A DNA stretch of 64,000 bases, taken from positions 21,142,001-21,206,000 of the forward strand of contig OX597830.1 of assembly GCA_951406725.2 (NCBI GenBank), in the 5' to 3' direction. The translations under genes and the position numbers were made by a program. This document shows positions 15,659 to 28,993 of this stretch, piece by piece (within the stretch, counting starts at the first letter, position 1; each line of letters opens with the position of its first letter). Source of the DNA: Octopus vulgaris. Its lineage: Eukaryota. Under the pieces are notes generated by a model that worked only from the letters and a program-made list of their open reading frames with translations, did not search any database and was not told the origin of the DNA.

Positions 15659-15694
<36 letters not shown>

Positions 15695-15771
15695 TACACG
15701 TGTGACAGGTAATACCTAAAACCACATGCACACACACACACACCAAAGTAGGTGTGCATTGCTATTGTACA

Positions 15772-15808
<37 letters not shown>

Positions 15809-16701
15809 AACAAAACCTTAAGTGCTACTTCAAAGTGTTTAACTGTGATTGGTCAGTCCACCTATTGTTTCACCTCATCCTCTTTTCCTCCAGCTCTCTC
15901 TCTCTCTCTCTCTCTCGCCCTCTGTGTCTCTTCTTTTCTCTGTGTCTATTTATCTTTCTCTTGTTACACACATGCATACACACACAGACTCACACACACA
16001 TACAAGTGCTCTCTCTCTCTCACACACATACATACACTCACGCACTTATCCCTGTCATGAGAGCATAAGTTGTTCCAGATATCAGCCTCTTGAAACTTCT
16101 TGATGTTGACTGACCTGATGGACGCACAGACACACATGAGCGATGGCTAACCAAACAGATTACTGTGTTATTGTGTGAACAGGCATATGCTCGCAAATGA
16201 GTGATGACTAAGTAGTGATTGATAGACAGACAGACAGATGAGTTTTGTTAGACCAAGTGATTTATTGGCAGACAAAGAAACACAAATGTGCATGAACACA
16301 CACATATACACACATGCTCACAAATGAGTAACGACTGATTGATAGTTGAGTGATGATTGACCAAGTGCTTTATTGACAAAGAAGCAAATGTAGGTATGTT
16401 TGTATCGATGTGTTTGAACACACTCATACACATACGCTCACAAATGAGTGTTGACTGACTAAATGATTAAAAGGAAAAGAGATGAGTGATGATTGACAAA
16501 GGTGGGTATGTTTGTATATATATACATACAACAATGTATATTTATTTTTCTCACATTTAACAATGGTTCAGGCATTATCCCCCTACCATTAAATTCTTAA
16601 TTATGAATTGAGTATTCAAGTGCTTTTATGTACTGTGTGGAGCCAATGCATGTCTAGATGTGATATACATAAAGCACACACACACATACACACACACTCA
16701 T

Positions 16702-16738
<37 letters not shown>

Positions 16739-17019
16739 CAAAGGCATATAGTATAAATACATGTGAGATGACACAGCAATTATTAGAAGAGAACAAATGA
16801 ACTTTGAAAACCTCTCAGCAGCTACGTGATCAAGAATCAATGTTGTTTCTGTAATTTTAACCCATAATACTACTTCTCTGTGGACACCAGTGGTTGTAAA
16901 CATTAATGGAATTCCTAGAATTACACTAAAATATCTGAAGACTTAAAACATGGAAGACAACAACATTCAAGTAAGATAAGAAATTACAAAGAAACAGCTA
17001 AAAATAATACAGTTGAACA

Positions 17020-17052
<33 letters not shown>

Positions 17053-17619
17053 GGTAAATAGTACTATTGGTGAGTTCAGTTTGTTTCAGTTGACATCATT
17101 TTTACATCTGCTTTTCTATACCTGCATGGGTTGGATAAAGTTTATTTAGGCAGTCTACTCACCTTTGCCTATTTCTAAGCAAGTTAATATTCTCCCATGG
17201 CTAGACATATTCTTGTAGAATATTTGAAATGAGTGACACTTCTTGTCACAGTGACAACCATTTTACATACATACATATTATATATATGTATGTATATACA
17301 CACACACACCAACCATTCTTCACACACTCTTGTCCCAGAAAGCACGTTCTCTTTTTCCTTCTACTTACGGTCATTTCAAAAATGTAACTGCAGTGGACTG
17401 TTGACGATTTATTTACCTCCTCCTTCCCTTTCCTTTGGACTTTCCCATGATTCCTGTTTCTGAAGAAGAGTTATGCTCAAAATGTAAAACAACCACTCTT
17501 TTCTTTCTCTGAGCATCTTATTAATACTTTATATGTACTACATCCTCACATTGTTGTTTTTTCCTTGTTGTCTTTTTCTCCATTTTTTAATTATCTATAT
17601 ATATATACATATAGGCACA

Positions 17620-17946
17620 GGCATGGTTCTGGGTTCAGTCTCACTGTGTGGCACCTTGGGCAAGTCTCTTCTACTATAGCCTCAAGCCAACCAAAGCCTT
17701 GTGAGTGGATTTGGTAGATGGAAACTGAAAGAAGCCCGTCGTATATATGTATGTGTTTGTCCCCCCAACATCGCTTGACAACCGATGGTGGTGTGTTTAC
17801 GTCCCCATAACTTAAGGGTTCGGCCAAAGAGACCGATAGAATAAGTTCTAGGTTTACAAAGAATAAGTCCCGAGTTCGATTTGCTTGGACTAAAGGTGGT
17901 GCTCCAGCATGGCCACAGTCAAATGACTGAAACAAGTAAAAGAGTA
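17620..17946 (+). mobile_element. SINE family A
   Basis: Family core and tail. Confidence 0.85.
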
Positions 17947-18370
17947 ACCCCTGTTTTAAACTAACCAACTTTACTCCTGTATCTCTCTGTCTGTCTGACT
18001 CTCTCACTCCCTCTGTGTATCTATCTCTCTCTCTCTCTCTTCCCTCTTTTTCTCACTTACCTAATAATGTAACTAACAGTAGTCTGTAGTAGACCAGGAA
18101 GCTTGTCTGGTTTTCTGCCATCACCAGCATGGTCACCACCAATATTTCCACCATCCCACTGCTGCTGCTGCTGCTAAGGCTACTAATGCTGCTACCACCA
18201 CCACCACCACCATGGGGACCACTGCTGCTGGCACCTCCATCATGGCTGCTATTGTTGTCACACCTTTTGATAGAAGTTAGCTTTTCTTTCTTTTGTCTTG
18301 ATTCCTTAAACCTAGAATATAACCTTTTGACCATCAGCATCTCTCTCTCGCTCTCCCCCTCTCTCTCTCG

Positions 18371-18417
<47 letters not shown>

Positions 18418-18880
18418 CCCACTCTTTCCTTCCTAATCTGGTAGTGGTGAGTGGATTATGAGTGGCTCTTACCAAAGTCTTACTTCTCAGTGAATCACAT
18501 CCACAACTAAGACCACCACCACCACCACCTCAATCACCACCACCGCCATCATCATCAATGGCAGCAGCAAGAGCTGAACCACTTCTTGGTTGTTGGACAA
18601 GCTAAAAATAGTAGCCAATCCTCCTGCAGTGTGCATGCCACTAGTGGAGATGTTGTTCACTGCTTTTGATTATTTCAAGGCCACCACATCCTATTCCACC
18701 ACTACAAACCTTCACCTGTACTACAACAAACTACCACCACCACCACCACCACCACAACCGCCATCACCATCCTGTCACAGTTCCACTGCTATTGGTATTA
18801 ATACTACCTGAACGTCTGAGAACTGTCTGTTCTATTGCCAGAAAGTCTTCTGGGAATCTATCTTCCATACACACCCACCT

Positions 18881-18936
<56 letters not shown>

Positions 18937-18991
18937 TCCCTCTCTATCTATCTACCTATCTACACATACACACACACACACACACATATAA

Positions 18992-19022
<31 letters not shown>

Positions 19023-19522
19023 TACATGCATTGTGTGTGTGTGTGTGTGTAAATATATAGCTAGATAGAGAGGTAGGTGGGTAAATAGATAGGTAAGTAG
19101 GTAGATAGATAGATAGATTAAATAGGTAGATAGATAGATTAGATAGGTAGATAGATAGATTAGATAGGTAGATAGATAAATTAGATAGGTAGATAGATAG
19201 ATTAGATAGGTAGATAGATAGATTAGATAGGTAGATAGATAGATTAAATAGGTAGATAGATAAATTAGATAGGTAGGTAGGTAGATAGATAGTTCACACA
19301 CATGCACACACACCAAATTACATATACACACTTGTTCATTCATGCATACATTCATACACACACACATGCATACATTTTTGAAGATATCTCTCATCAACAC
19401 CACCACCACCACCACCATCACACTGCTATGGCTGGCTATGTCATAATTCCTTATGTGACAAGGAGTGGTAACAATGGAAGATAATCTACCACACACACAC
19501 TTTTAGCACCACCACCACCACC

Positions 19523-19559
<37 letters not shown>

Positions 19560-19904
19560 TTACTACTACTACTACTGTCATGTTATTAATTAATGCCATT
19601 CATTGGCTCCAGTCTACTACAGTCAGTAAAGACCACTAACACCACCACCACCATCACTACCACCACCACCACCGCATTTCAATGGACACCTGCAACCATT
19701 TATATATCATTATCATAGTAAAGAAAATGGTTAGAATGAATGGTAGTACTCTGTCATGAGAGAGGGCTCTTGCACCTTTTGGTGATCAGGATGATCCTCC
19801 ATCTGTGGGGGTTCCTCGACCCCCCCCCCCCCAGCTGGAGTCTCTCCTGTATCAGGAGGACTGCATCGTCCATGTTATTAAACATACATCGTATGCTGCC
19901 TTTT

Positions 19905-20280
19905 ATTCTTTTACTTGTTTCTGTCATCAGACTGCGGCCATGCTGGGGCACCACCTTGAGGAATTTTATAGTTGAATGAATCGACCCCAGAACTTTTCCT
20001 TTTTTTTTTTTTTTTTTAAGAGCCTGGTACTTATTCTGTCTGTCCCTCTTGAGAAGAAACTGCTAAGTTGCAGGGGCATAAACACTCCAACACTGTTTAT
20101 CAAGCAGAGGGTAGTGGAGGGACAGACGCACACACACACACACACACACATATATCTAATGGGCTTCTTTTCAGTTTCCATCTGCCAAATTCACTCACAA
20201 GGCTTTGGTCAACCCAGAGTTATGCCTGCCCAAGGAACCATGTGGGTGGGAAGCAAACTTCTTACCACACAGCCACTCCT
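19905..20280 (-). mobile_element. SINE family A, reverse orientation, diverged
   Basis: Reverse complement of the tail and head (cttaccacacagccactcct). Confidence 0.8.
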
Positions 20281-20605
20281 ATACTTTTATGGCATTTCAC
20301 TGCCTTTCTCATTTCTTTCTTGCCATCCACTACCTGTCCTTCTTTGTCCTTTACCTGCTAGGTATCACACCCTACTTCCTTAACTCTTTTGTTACCATAT
20401 TTCTGGTGAAACACACTGCCTTTGTTTAAATAGCTTCCTCATTCTGGCATTTAGGACAAATTCTCCTGAAATTTTGATGGAGGACTTTTGTTTAGATCAA
20501 CTGTAAAACAGGATGTTTGTGTAATTAATGCTGACAGAAGCAGCATTAAGATAATTTTCAAATTTTGGCACAAGGCCAGCAATTTTGGAAGCGAGGCTAA
20601 GTTAA

Positions 20606-20825
20606 CCCTTTAGTGTTCAGATTACTCTGTTAAATGTAATACTTTTTCACTCAAATTGTTTTGAATTAATCATGCATTATCTTATAGCTTTGAGGTTTCA
20701 ATGATGTGATTGTTTATATTTAGAATGACATTGTAGGTTAGGTGTGAGAGGCTAGATATTGCCAGTTTGAATATAAAACATGTAGAATATTTGGGCCAGA
20801 TATGGCCGGTTTAAACACTAAAGGG
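20606..20825 (-). mobile_element. piggyBac-like MITE, family P1
   Basis: TTAA|CCCTTTAGTGTT...AACACTAAAGGG|TTAA: terminal inverted repeats with TTAA target duplication. Confidence 0.85.
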
Positions 20826-21593
20826 TTAAATAAATTGAAAGTGCTGTTGCTGTTGAGCGAACGGTCTTCGTCCCAGAGTTCGCAAGATGAGAGAAGTCCG
20901 AAACATGGTCCTTTGCTATTCGTAAGACCTGCAGAAGAGAAATCAGGTCAACCCCCGACACCGAGAGCATCGACGGATGGCTGAATGCGCATCCAGGCTC
21001 AGCTGTTCAATAACAGCTAAATGCCATGTCAGTGATCATCATCATCATCATCATTTAACGTCCGCCTTCCATGCTGGCATGGGTTGGACAGTTTGACAAG
21101 GAGCTGGCCAAGCAGAAGCCTGCTCCTGACTTCTGTGTTTGTTTTGGCATCTGGATATATAGAATAATCATTATCAACAATGTAATTACAAGTGCTTTTA
21201 TGCACAATGCGTCCTCATCAGAGGTCCTCTCGATGTAAACAACACAGTATTCTTTGTTCTAACACTACCTCAGCATTAAGTCAGCGATCAAGATTACCTT
21301 TTGGAAGTTTACATCATAGAACTTGGGTGATCTGAGTTGGGTTGGCATCGAAAGGTTGAAACAAAAATGAAGATGGAGTAGGTAATGCAGTCCAGTTGTA
21401 CATAACCCTTAAAAGATGGGATCGTCACGGCCAGAGTGTCTTTTGATTATAAATCTGCTCAATGAAGGTTAACTTAGGATTAAACAACAATATCAATGAC
21501 AACTACCTGAGCTTGCATGTGGTTGACCATTTTGCTAGGAATAGCAACCAAACCCTAGCACACACAAACACCAAAATACCCACACACATACAC

Positions 21594-21637
<44 letters not shown>

Positions 21638-21639
21638 GA

Positions 21640-22278
21640 TAGATTGTTAGCCATGATAGATCGTTAGCCACTACACACATTTTTTTCTCTGCTTGTTTTT
21701 TCTGTGTCCCTTTCTGTAGAAGAGCGTAGGCTCGAAACATAAAAGACTTTTTCTATTCCTGAGCGTTATACTAATACATGTTTGTTTTGTACACCACCTG
21801 TCTTCGTCTTTTGTTTTTTTCGTAAACTCTCCCTATCTATATATATATATATATACACATATATATATATATATATATATTGATAAAACGGTAAGATAAC
21901 AAAAGAAAGAAAGAGACCTCAATATTATGTAAATAGAGGAAATTATATATATATATATATATATATAATAAAATATTAGGGAATAAATCCAAACTTACAG
22001 GGAAAAATCAGATTTAGGATTAAATCCAATTTTATAGTAAAATATTATATTATATTAAATTAGAGATAAAACCACTATTAGGCAAATCAAACAATGACAA
22101 ACTTAAGCCAATACATAAAATTAATTAATTTATATTATTTTAAATATATATCATCTTTTATTAAACTTTTAATATTTTTGATATATATTTAAAATAATAT
22201 AAATTAATTAATTTTATGTATTGGCTTAAGTTTTTCATTGTTTGATTTGCCCAATAGTGGTTTTTATCTCTAATTTAA

Positions 22279-22282
<4 letters not shown>
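21640..22282. mobile_element. Probable Penelope-like element remnants between (TA)n tracts: hammerhead relic (21710-21744) and long inverted repeat (22051-22282)
   Basis: Minimal hammerhead-like motif, inverted arrangement and insertion in TA repeats fit PLE remnants; no coding sequence seen. Confidence 0.45.
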
Positions 22283-22330
<48 letters not shown>

Positions 22331-22361
22331 CACATAGACAAAGTATTAAAAACATGCTGAT

Positions 22362-22722
22362 ATGGCTGTGTGGTAAGAAGCTTGCTTCCCAAACACATGA
22401 TTCCAGGTTCAGTCCCATTGCGTGGCACCTTGGGCAAGTGTCTTCTACTATATCCTCGTGCCAACCAAAGCCTTGTGAGTGGATTTGGTAGACAGAAACT
22501 GGAAGAAGCCTGTTGTATATATGTATATATAGATGTATGTTGTGTTTTTCTCCCCACCATCACTTGACAGCCAATACTGGTGTGTTTATATCCCCCATAA
22601 CTTAGCGAATCGGCAAAAGAGACCAAAAGAATAAGCCCTGGGGTTGATTTCTTTGGCTAATACTCTTTAAGGCAATGCTCCAGCATGGCTGCAGTCGAAT
22701 GAGTGAAACGAGTAAAAGAATA
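22362..22722 (+). mobile_element. SINE family A
   Basis: Head, core and tail present. Confidence 0.85.
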
Positions 22723-23842
22723 AAACACACACACCCACACACACATTGGCATAATTATGTGGTCGCCTGATTTGCTAGAAATAGCAACCAAACCCCCTTG
22801 AAATCACCTTACTGTTTTAATGTACAGCTAGCATAGTTCTTGATTCTGTCTGAAAATATAAATGGGATGGCCATAGTTGGAACACTTTCAATATGTAGGT
22901 AGGTCTGTTAAATTGTGGTCGAACCGGTATTGGACAAAGATATCAATAGCTACCTGAGCCTGTATGTGGTCACCCAGTTTGCTTGAAATAGCAACCAAAC
23001 CCCTTAGTGCACTACAAACCTCGTTCTTGAGAGCTGACTGAAAATATAAATGGGATGGCCATGGTTGGACCACTTGATGTGTAGGTTTGTGTGTTAAATT
23101 GCGGCTCATTGAGACTGAACAACAACCTTTTTGGTTTTTGCTACTACAACTCTAGCCACAACATCTAGCATGGCTAAAATACTACTACTAGCACCACCAC
23201 CAAGACCACCACTATTGCAACCATCTGTACCAGTACCACTAACACCACCACCACTAGCACTTCCACTACTCCTACTACAACAACCACTGCCGCCACTACC
23301 ACCACTGCTAGTATCAGTACTACCACTGTAGCAACAATAACTACCTACCATTACTCACCACCGCCAGTACCAGCCTCTTCTAACATTATTCACCTCAAAG
23401 ACTTCACTTATTCTTGAAGTGTGACATCTGTTTCTTAAGTTAAGGTGGCAGTTCTGTCTGTGTGTGTGTGTTTGTGTCTGTGTGTTACAAGATACACATT
23501 ACTACCACAGCATAACACATGCATACACACACACACACACATACTACTATCATACTATAGTGCATGTGCACACTCAATTATATACACACACACACTCACA
23601 CATATACTGTGCCAGATATATATATATATATATATACATTGATAAATACTAACAGACACATACATCAAAATACACTAATGCACTCACACACACACCCATT
23701 ATATAGACACACTCATAACAACATTCTGTTATAGACATACACACACACTGACATACACCAACACATACAAACCAAAATACACACACACACACACACACAC
23801 ATACACTCCCAAACTATACTATGAACAAACATACATTGACAG

Positions 23843-23936
23843 ATGCTGACGCATACAAACACCAGAATACACACACATTCACACAGACACACGATTACAG
23901 ATGTATACACACACGCACATATACATATACATATAT

Positions 23937-23969
<33 letters not shown>

Positions 23970-24072
23970 CGTTGACATATGCTGACGCATACAAACACCA
24001 GAATACACACACATTCACACAGACACACGATTACAGATGTATACACACACGCACATATACATATACATATAT

Positions 24073-24095
<23 letters not shown>
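23843..24095. repeat. Tandem duplication of a 136-bp CA/TA-rich unit
   Basis: atgctgacgcatacaaacaccagaatac starts at 23843 and at 23979. Confidence 0.8.
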
Positions 24096-24143
<48 letters not shown>

Positions 24144-24237
24144 GGTGAATACATAACACTTTTATTCTCACCCAGGTTTGTTCATTCAATGACTGGCTTA
24201 CACAGTCTGGCTCTGTCCTGAAAAAAGCAAGTCACTA

Positions 24238-24293
<56 letters not shown>

Positions 24294-24427
24294 GCATGCA
24301 TAAACACACACAACTGGCTCATTGGTACAATAAAGGACTACTGCTGGACAGTCCTGTACTGTGCTGAAAAAAACACAAAAAATCATAAATATACTCCACA
24401 AATGCTGCTATGTGGATGGACACACAG

Positions 24428-24461
<34 letters not shown>

Positions 24462-25350
24462 ATGCAGGCATACACTGGTGTACCTACGGGCACACACACA
24501 AAGAGCCTTTACAGTTGCTCTCTTACCTGACATACACACACACACACACACGTGTGTGTGACTTCTACCAACTTCCAAATGGTGGGTGGATAGATAGGTG
24601 ACATATTAGAGAGAAAGGTGGGGGGAGATGAGACATCATAACCAACACACACACACACACACACACACACTCTCTCTCTCTCTCTTGTTCCTCCTCCTCC
24701 TCCCATTACCACTAGGTGACTTGTGTGTATGTGTGTGTGTGTGTGTGTCTACCTCCTCTTTCTCTCACCTGATATACATACATATATACGTGTATATATA
24801 TATATATACATATATATATGTACTTCTCCCACTACTCATTCTGTCACCACCCCTGCCTTTGTCGCCATCACCATCACCCTATGACTACAAACTCCAGCAT
24901 CTTTTCCTCTACTTTTTCTACTATGACTCCCACTCCATCTGTGTGTGTGTGTGTGTGTGTATGTACATGTGTAAGCATATGCATGCGTGTGTGTGTGTGT
25001 GTGTGTGTGTGTATCCCTCCCTCCTTACCCTGTTTGTCTTTTTCTGTATCACCTCTTTTCTCATCCTAACCCTGCTCTTTTTTTTTATTATTATACCTAA
25101 CCTGCTTCCTGGCCTGATGATGATGGCAGTGGCATGGGGGGGTGGAGTGGGGAGGGCGGTGGCTGATGATGATGATGATGATGAGGATGAGGAGTAGGAG
25201 GAGGAGGAGGAGGTGGATGGTAGTGGGCAATGACTGTGCTGGTGCTGGTGATGAAAGTACTGGGTGGGGGGGATGGATGGGTGGGTGGGAGGAGTGCACT
25301 GGGACATTTCCTACTTACAAACCTCACCATTCATATATACCTACCCTACC

Positions 25351-25390
<40 letters not shown>

Positions 25391-25495
25391 ACCACACCAA
25401 TCTTGAGAGAACACAAACAGCAGCAGCAGCGGGGGGGGGGGGCGACGACCAACCTTCATCATTTTTGCTGCCACCATCTCACACAGTCACACATG

Positions 25496-25535
<40 letters not shown>

Positions 25536-26204
25536 TAATATACATATAACTTGGCACCACCAAACATCACACAAACACACACATGTTCACAGACAGAGGT
25601 ATCACTACACACACAAACACACACACATACACAGAAATATGAACCTTTTTTTTTTCTCTCTCTCTCTTTTACTTTAAACCATATATATATATACCTATCA
25701 TTCATCACAGACTCACTGAAGAAGTGATGTTGCTACCCCACCAACAACAACAAGGACAACAACACCAATAAGTCCTTTTCTTCTGTGTAATTGGCACTTC
25801 AGACTCTGTCTCACAACATCACACCATTATTATTACTATCATCATCATCATCATCATCATCATTATTATTATTATTATTACACACTGCCATTCTAACATC
25901 TAACTCTGACAGCCACCATCACCCCTGCTACTACTACTAATACTAATACTACTACTAGTACTACTACTACTCACTAGACTACAGTAACAAGTCTCTGTAC
26001 CTATTACACATAACCACTGCCACCACCACCACTACTATCATCATCATCATTATCTCTTCTCACTGTCCCATACACACACACACACATATACACATATATG
26101 TATACCTGGCATTAATCAAGACCACTACTTCACTTCATCACCATGACCACCACCACTGCTAGCATCATCAGCATCACTAAACCTCTTCTCTTCTTGCTGT
26201 CCCC

Positions 26205-26242
<38 letters not shown>

Positions 26243-27167
26243 ACCTGGTCTTAATTAAGACCACTATTTTCAAACTTACCATATAATATAACATTACCAC
26301 TTGCAAAAAAACACACACTTTAGGGGGAACTTCTTAGGTGGTCACTCAATTTGCTAAAAATAGCAGCAGCCAACCAAAATCTTTCTTTTCTCTCACATGA
26401 CATATTCTACCTTCTTTGGAAGGAAGAAAGAAAGAAACAAGTCTTTTATCAAACACCTACCCCATCCCATTTCGAACCCCCACCTCCAAGAATTGACAGG
26501 ATGGTTATGCTTAGAAGAATACCTCCAATCACAGACTGGCTTGGTGGAAAGGGGCTTGACTTGGGGTTTAGCAATAACAAAAATATTAGGAGCTCAGACT
26601 GACTTTATACTGTATACACCACCTCCACCACCACCACCGCCGCCCCCACCACCAGCAGCAGCATCAGATCCCCACCACCACCACCACCACCACTGTCATC
26701 ATCAGTTACAGTAGCAGCAGCAGCAGCATTTTCCACACACTTTCTCTAAGAGCCCTTCACACACCTTGACAAAGGCCGTCGCCGCCGCCGCCATCGCCAC
26801 CACCACCATCGCCACCACCACCACTAGCATGGTCCCAACATCCGTTCATCATCTCACACACCTTCACTTTAAGGTTTCGCTTCTTCTAGGCAACACATCA
26901 TCACTTACCCAGCGTTAGCTTGAGGTGAGAATAGAGAGGAACACAAAGAACAACAACTACAACAACAACCTGTGTGCCAGGACCCATAAATAAGCCCCCC
27001 TTCCTTTCCCAACACCTGGGGGTTTTTTTTGGATTTTTTTTTGTTTTTCTATTCCTGGATTGTCTTCGGTTTTTTTTTTTTGGATTTTTTTTTTTTAACG
27101 ATGATTCTTGAACGACTTCAGAATGATGACCTTCTCTTTGACTGGGTGCAATTCCTTCTCTATTCAG

Positions 27168-27512
27168 ACGCTAACAACAACAACAGCAATAGCAACATCA
27201 ACAACAATAACATCAAGAAAGGTGCAACATCATCATCATCATCAACAACAACAACAACAGTAGCAGATACTACGACAACAGCAATAACAACAACAACAAC
27301 CACAACAACAAAGGATGGAGATGACGGTGGTGGTGGTGGTGGTGGTGGCGGAGGCGGAGGAGGAGGCGGAGGAGAGGAAGAAGATGAAGAGAAGAAAAAG
27401 AAGGAGGTGATGGAGGAGGAGGAGAATATTGAGGAGTACCTTAACCGAAGTGACACCGCTGTCATTTACCCGCAGCCTGTCAGTGAACCTGATGAGGAAG
27501 ATGACACCGGAG
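27168..27512 (+). CDS. ZEB: ZEB coding exon with poly-Asn/Thr/Gly/Glu tracts and the conserved IEEYLNRSDTAVIYP motif
   Basis: Acceptor attccttctctattcag| at 27167, donor G|GTAAAT at 27513, 345 nt, phase 1-1. IEEYLNRSDTAVIYPQP closely matches the vertebrate ZEB2 N-terminal motif IEEYLQRSDTAIIYPEAP (recalled). Confidence 0.9.
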
Positions 27513-28925
27513 GTAAATATCCACCCATCTTCTTGCTTGCTTACTTTTCTAGCCACCCACCCATCTATCTCTCTATCTATCTATCTTCCTACCTGTGACA
27601 TTATTTATTGCCTGAGGTTACTGTGGTCTTTTCATAGGTTTTTCTTTCCACAAATAAACCTCCCCAATTTCTTGGGAACTTTTTGTACCATTTTGACTCC
27701 TTTTTTTTTTTTTTTGCATATATCCCCAATTTCAATCCCTTTCGATCCCTTTTGATCGGTGTCTTTTTTTTTTTTCTCTCTTCACCCCTCCTCGAAAAGA
27801 AAAACTCTACATTGTAATTGTCCCTTCTGTGTCTAGCCCTGTGTGGCCAATAAAGAAAGTTATCTTAATACCTACCTGCCTACCTACCTACTTACCTACC
27901 TACCTATCTATTTATCTTGGAAAACTCATCATCGAAAGTGATGGTCACATTTAATTATGTATATCTCTATTCAGGAACTTATCAATCTATCTATCTCTAG
28001 CATTCTCATGGTTCCACTGAACCAAACCTCATGGTTTCAAGTTCAGTTCCACAGCATGCACCTTCAGTAACTGTTTTGGTGGCTGGGTGTTAAACTAGAT
28101 GTTGACCATGTCTTCTACTATAACCCCTGGCCAACCAAAGCCTCATCAGTAGATTTAGTAGATGGAAACTGAAAGAACTCAGTCGTATATACATGTGTGT
28201 GTTTGTGTATCTTTATGATTGTTTACATTTCCATAACTTAGCAAAAGCATAACTACAGTTTCATGCCCCACCCTCGACTTCCTTTCTTCTTAGCTTTCTT
28301 TAAAATACACTACAGATTTTTAAGTGATATTTTGCAGGAACATTGTTTTCTAAAATGCTATATATATATATAGGGTGTAGTTTATGTGAAGTTGATATTT
28401 CAAAAACATAAATCTTTCAAAAAAAAAATAAAGAAAGGAAAATGAAATGCGGTAAATTCTAAAGTTACAGGAATTTATAACAAAACCAGAGCAAGATTAT
28501 GAACAATCAGAAATTTCTCTTCAAATTGCTTTCCTAAATTTTTTCCCAACTCAATCATAATCTACACACTCCAAAATATATCGCTGCAAAGTTTAATTAA
28601 AAAAACAAAATGCATTTTTCAGAAAGTCTTAATGGAACACTTTGATGTGAGGGCACTAAACTGTAATTATGCCTTGTCATTATGTTTGCGTATACACATA
28701 CACATATGTATTTCTCTCTGGCTGGCCTGTTTCTCTTGTATTACTGCTGTTTGTTATTGAAGGGTTGAAGGGAGCTTTCTCTATAGCCATTTTGCTTTCA
28801 ACTGAAGTGAATATATATCTAGGGCTACATTATCCAATGTGGCATTTATTGGTTGAGACAGTAGTCTGTGATTTGTAGGCTATTTCGCTGCTGGATTTAG
28901 CAGGTTGAATGTCCCTTAGCACCCC

Positions 28926-28993
<68 letters not shown>

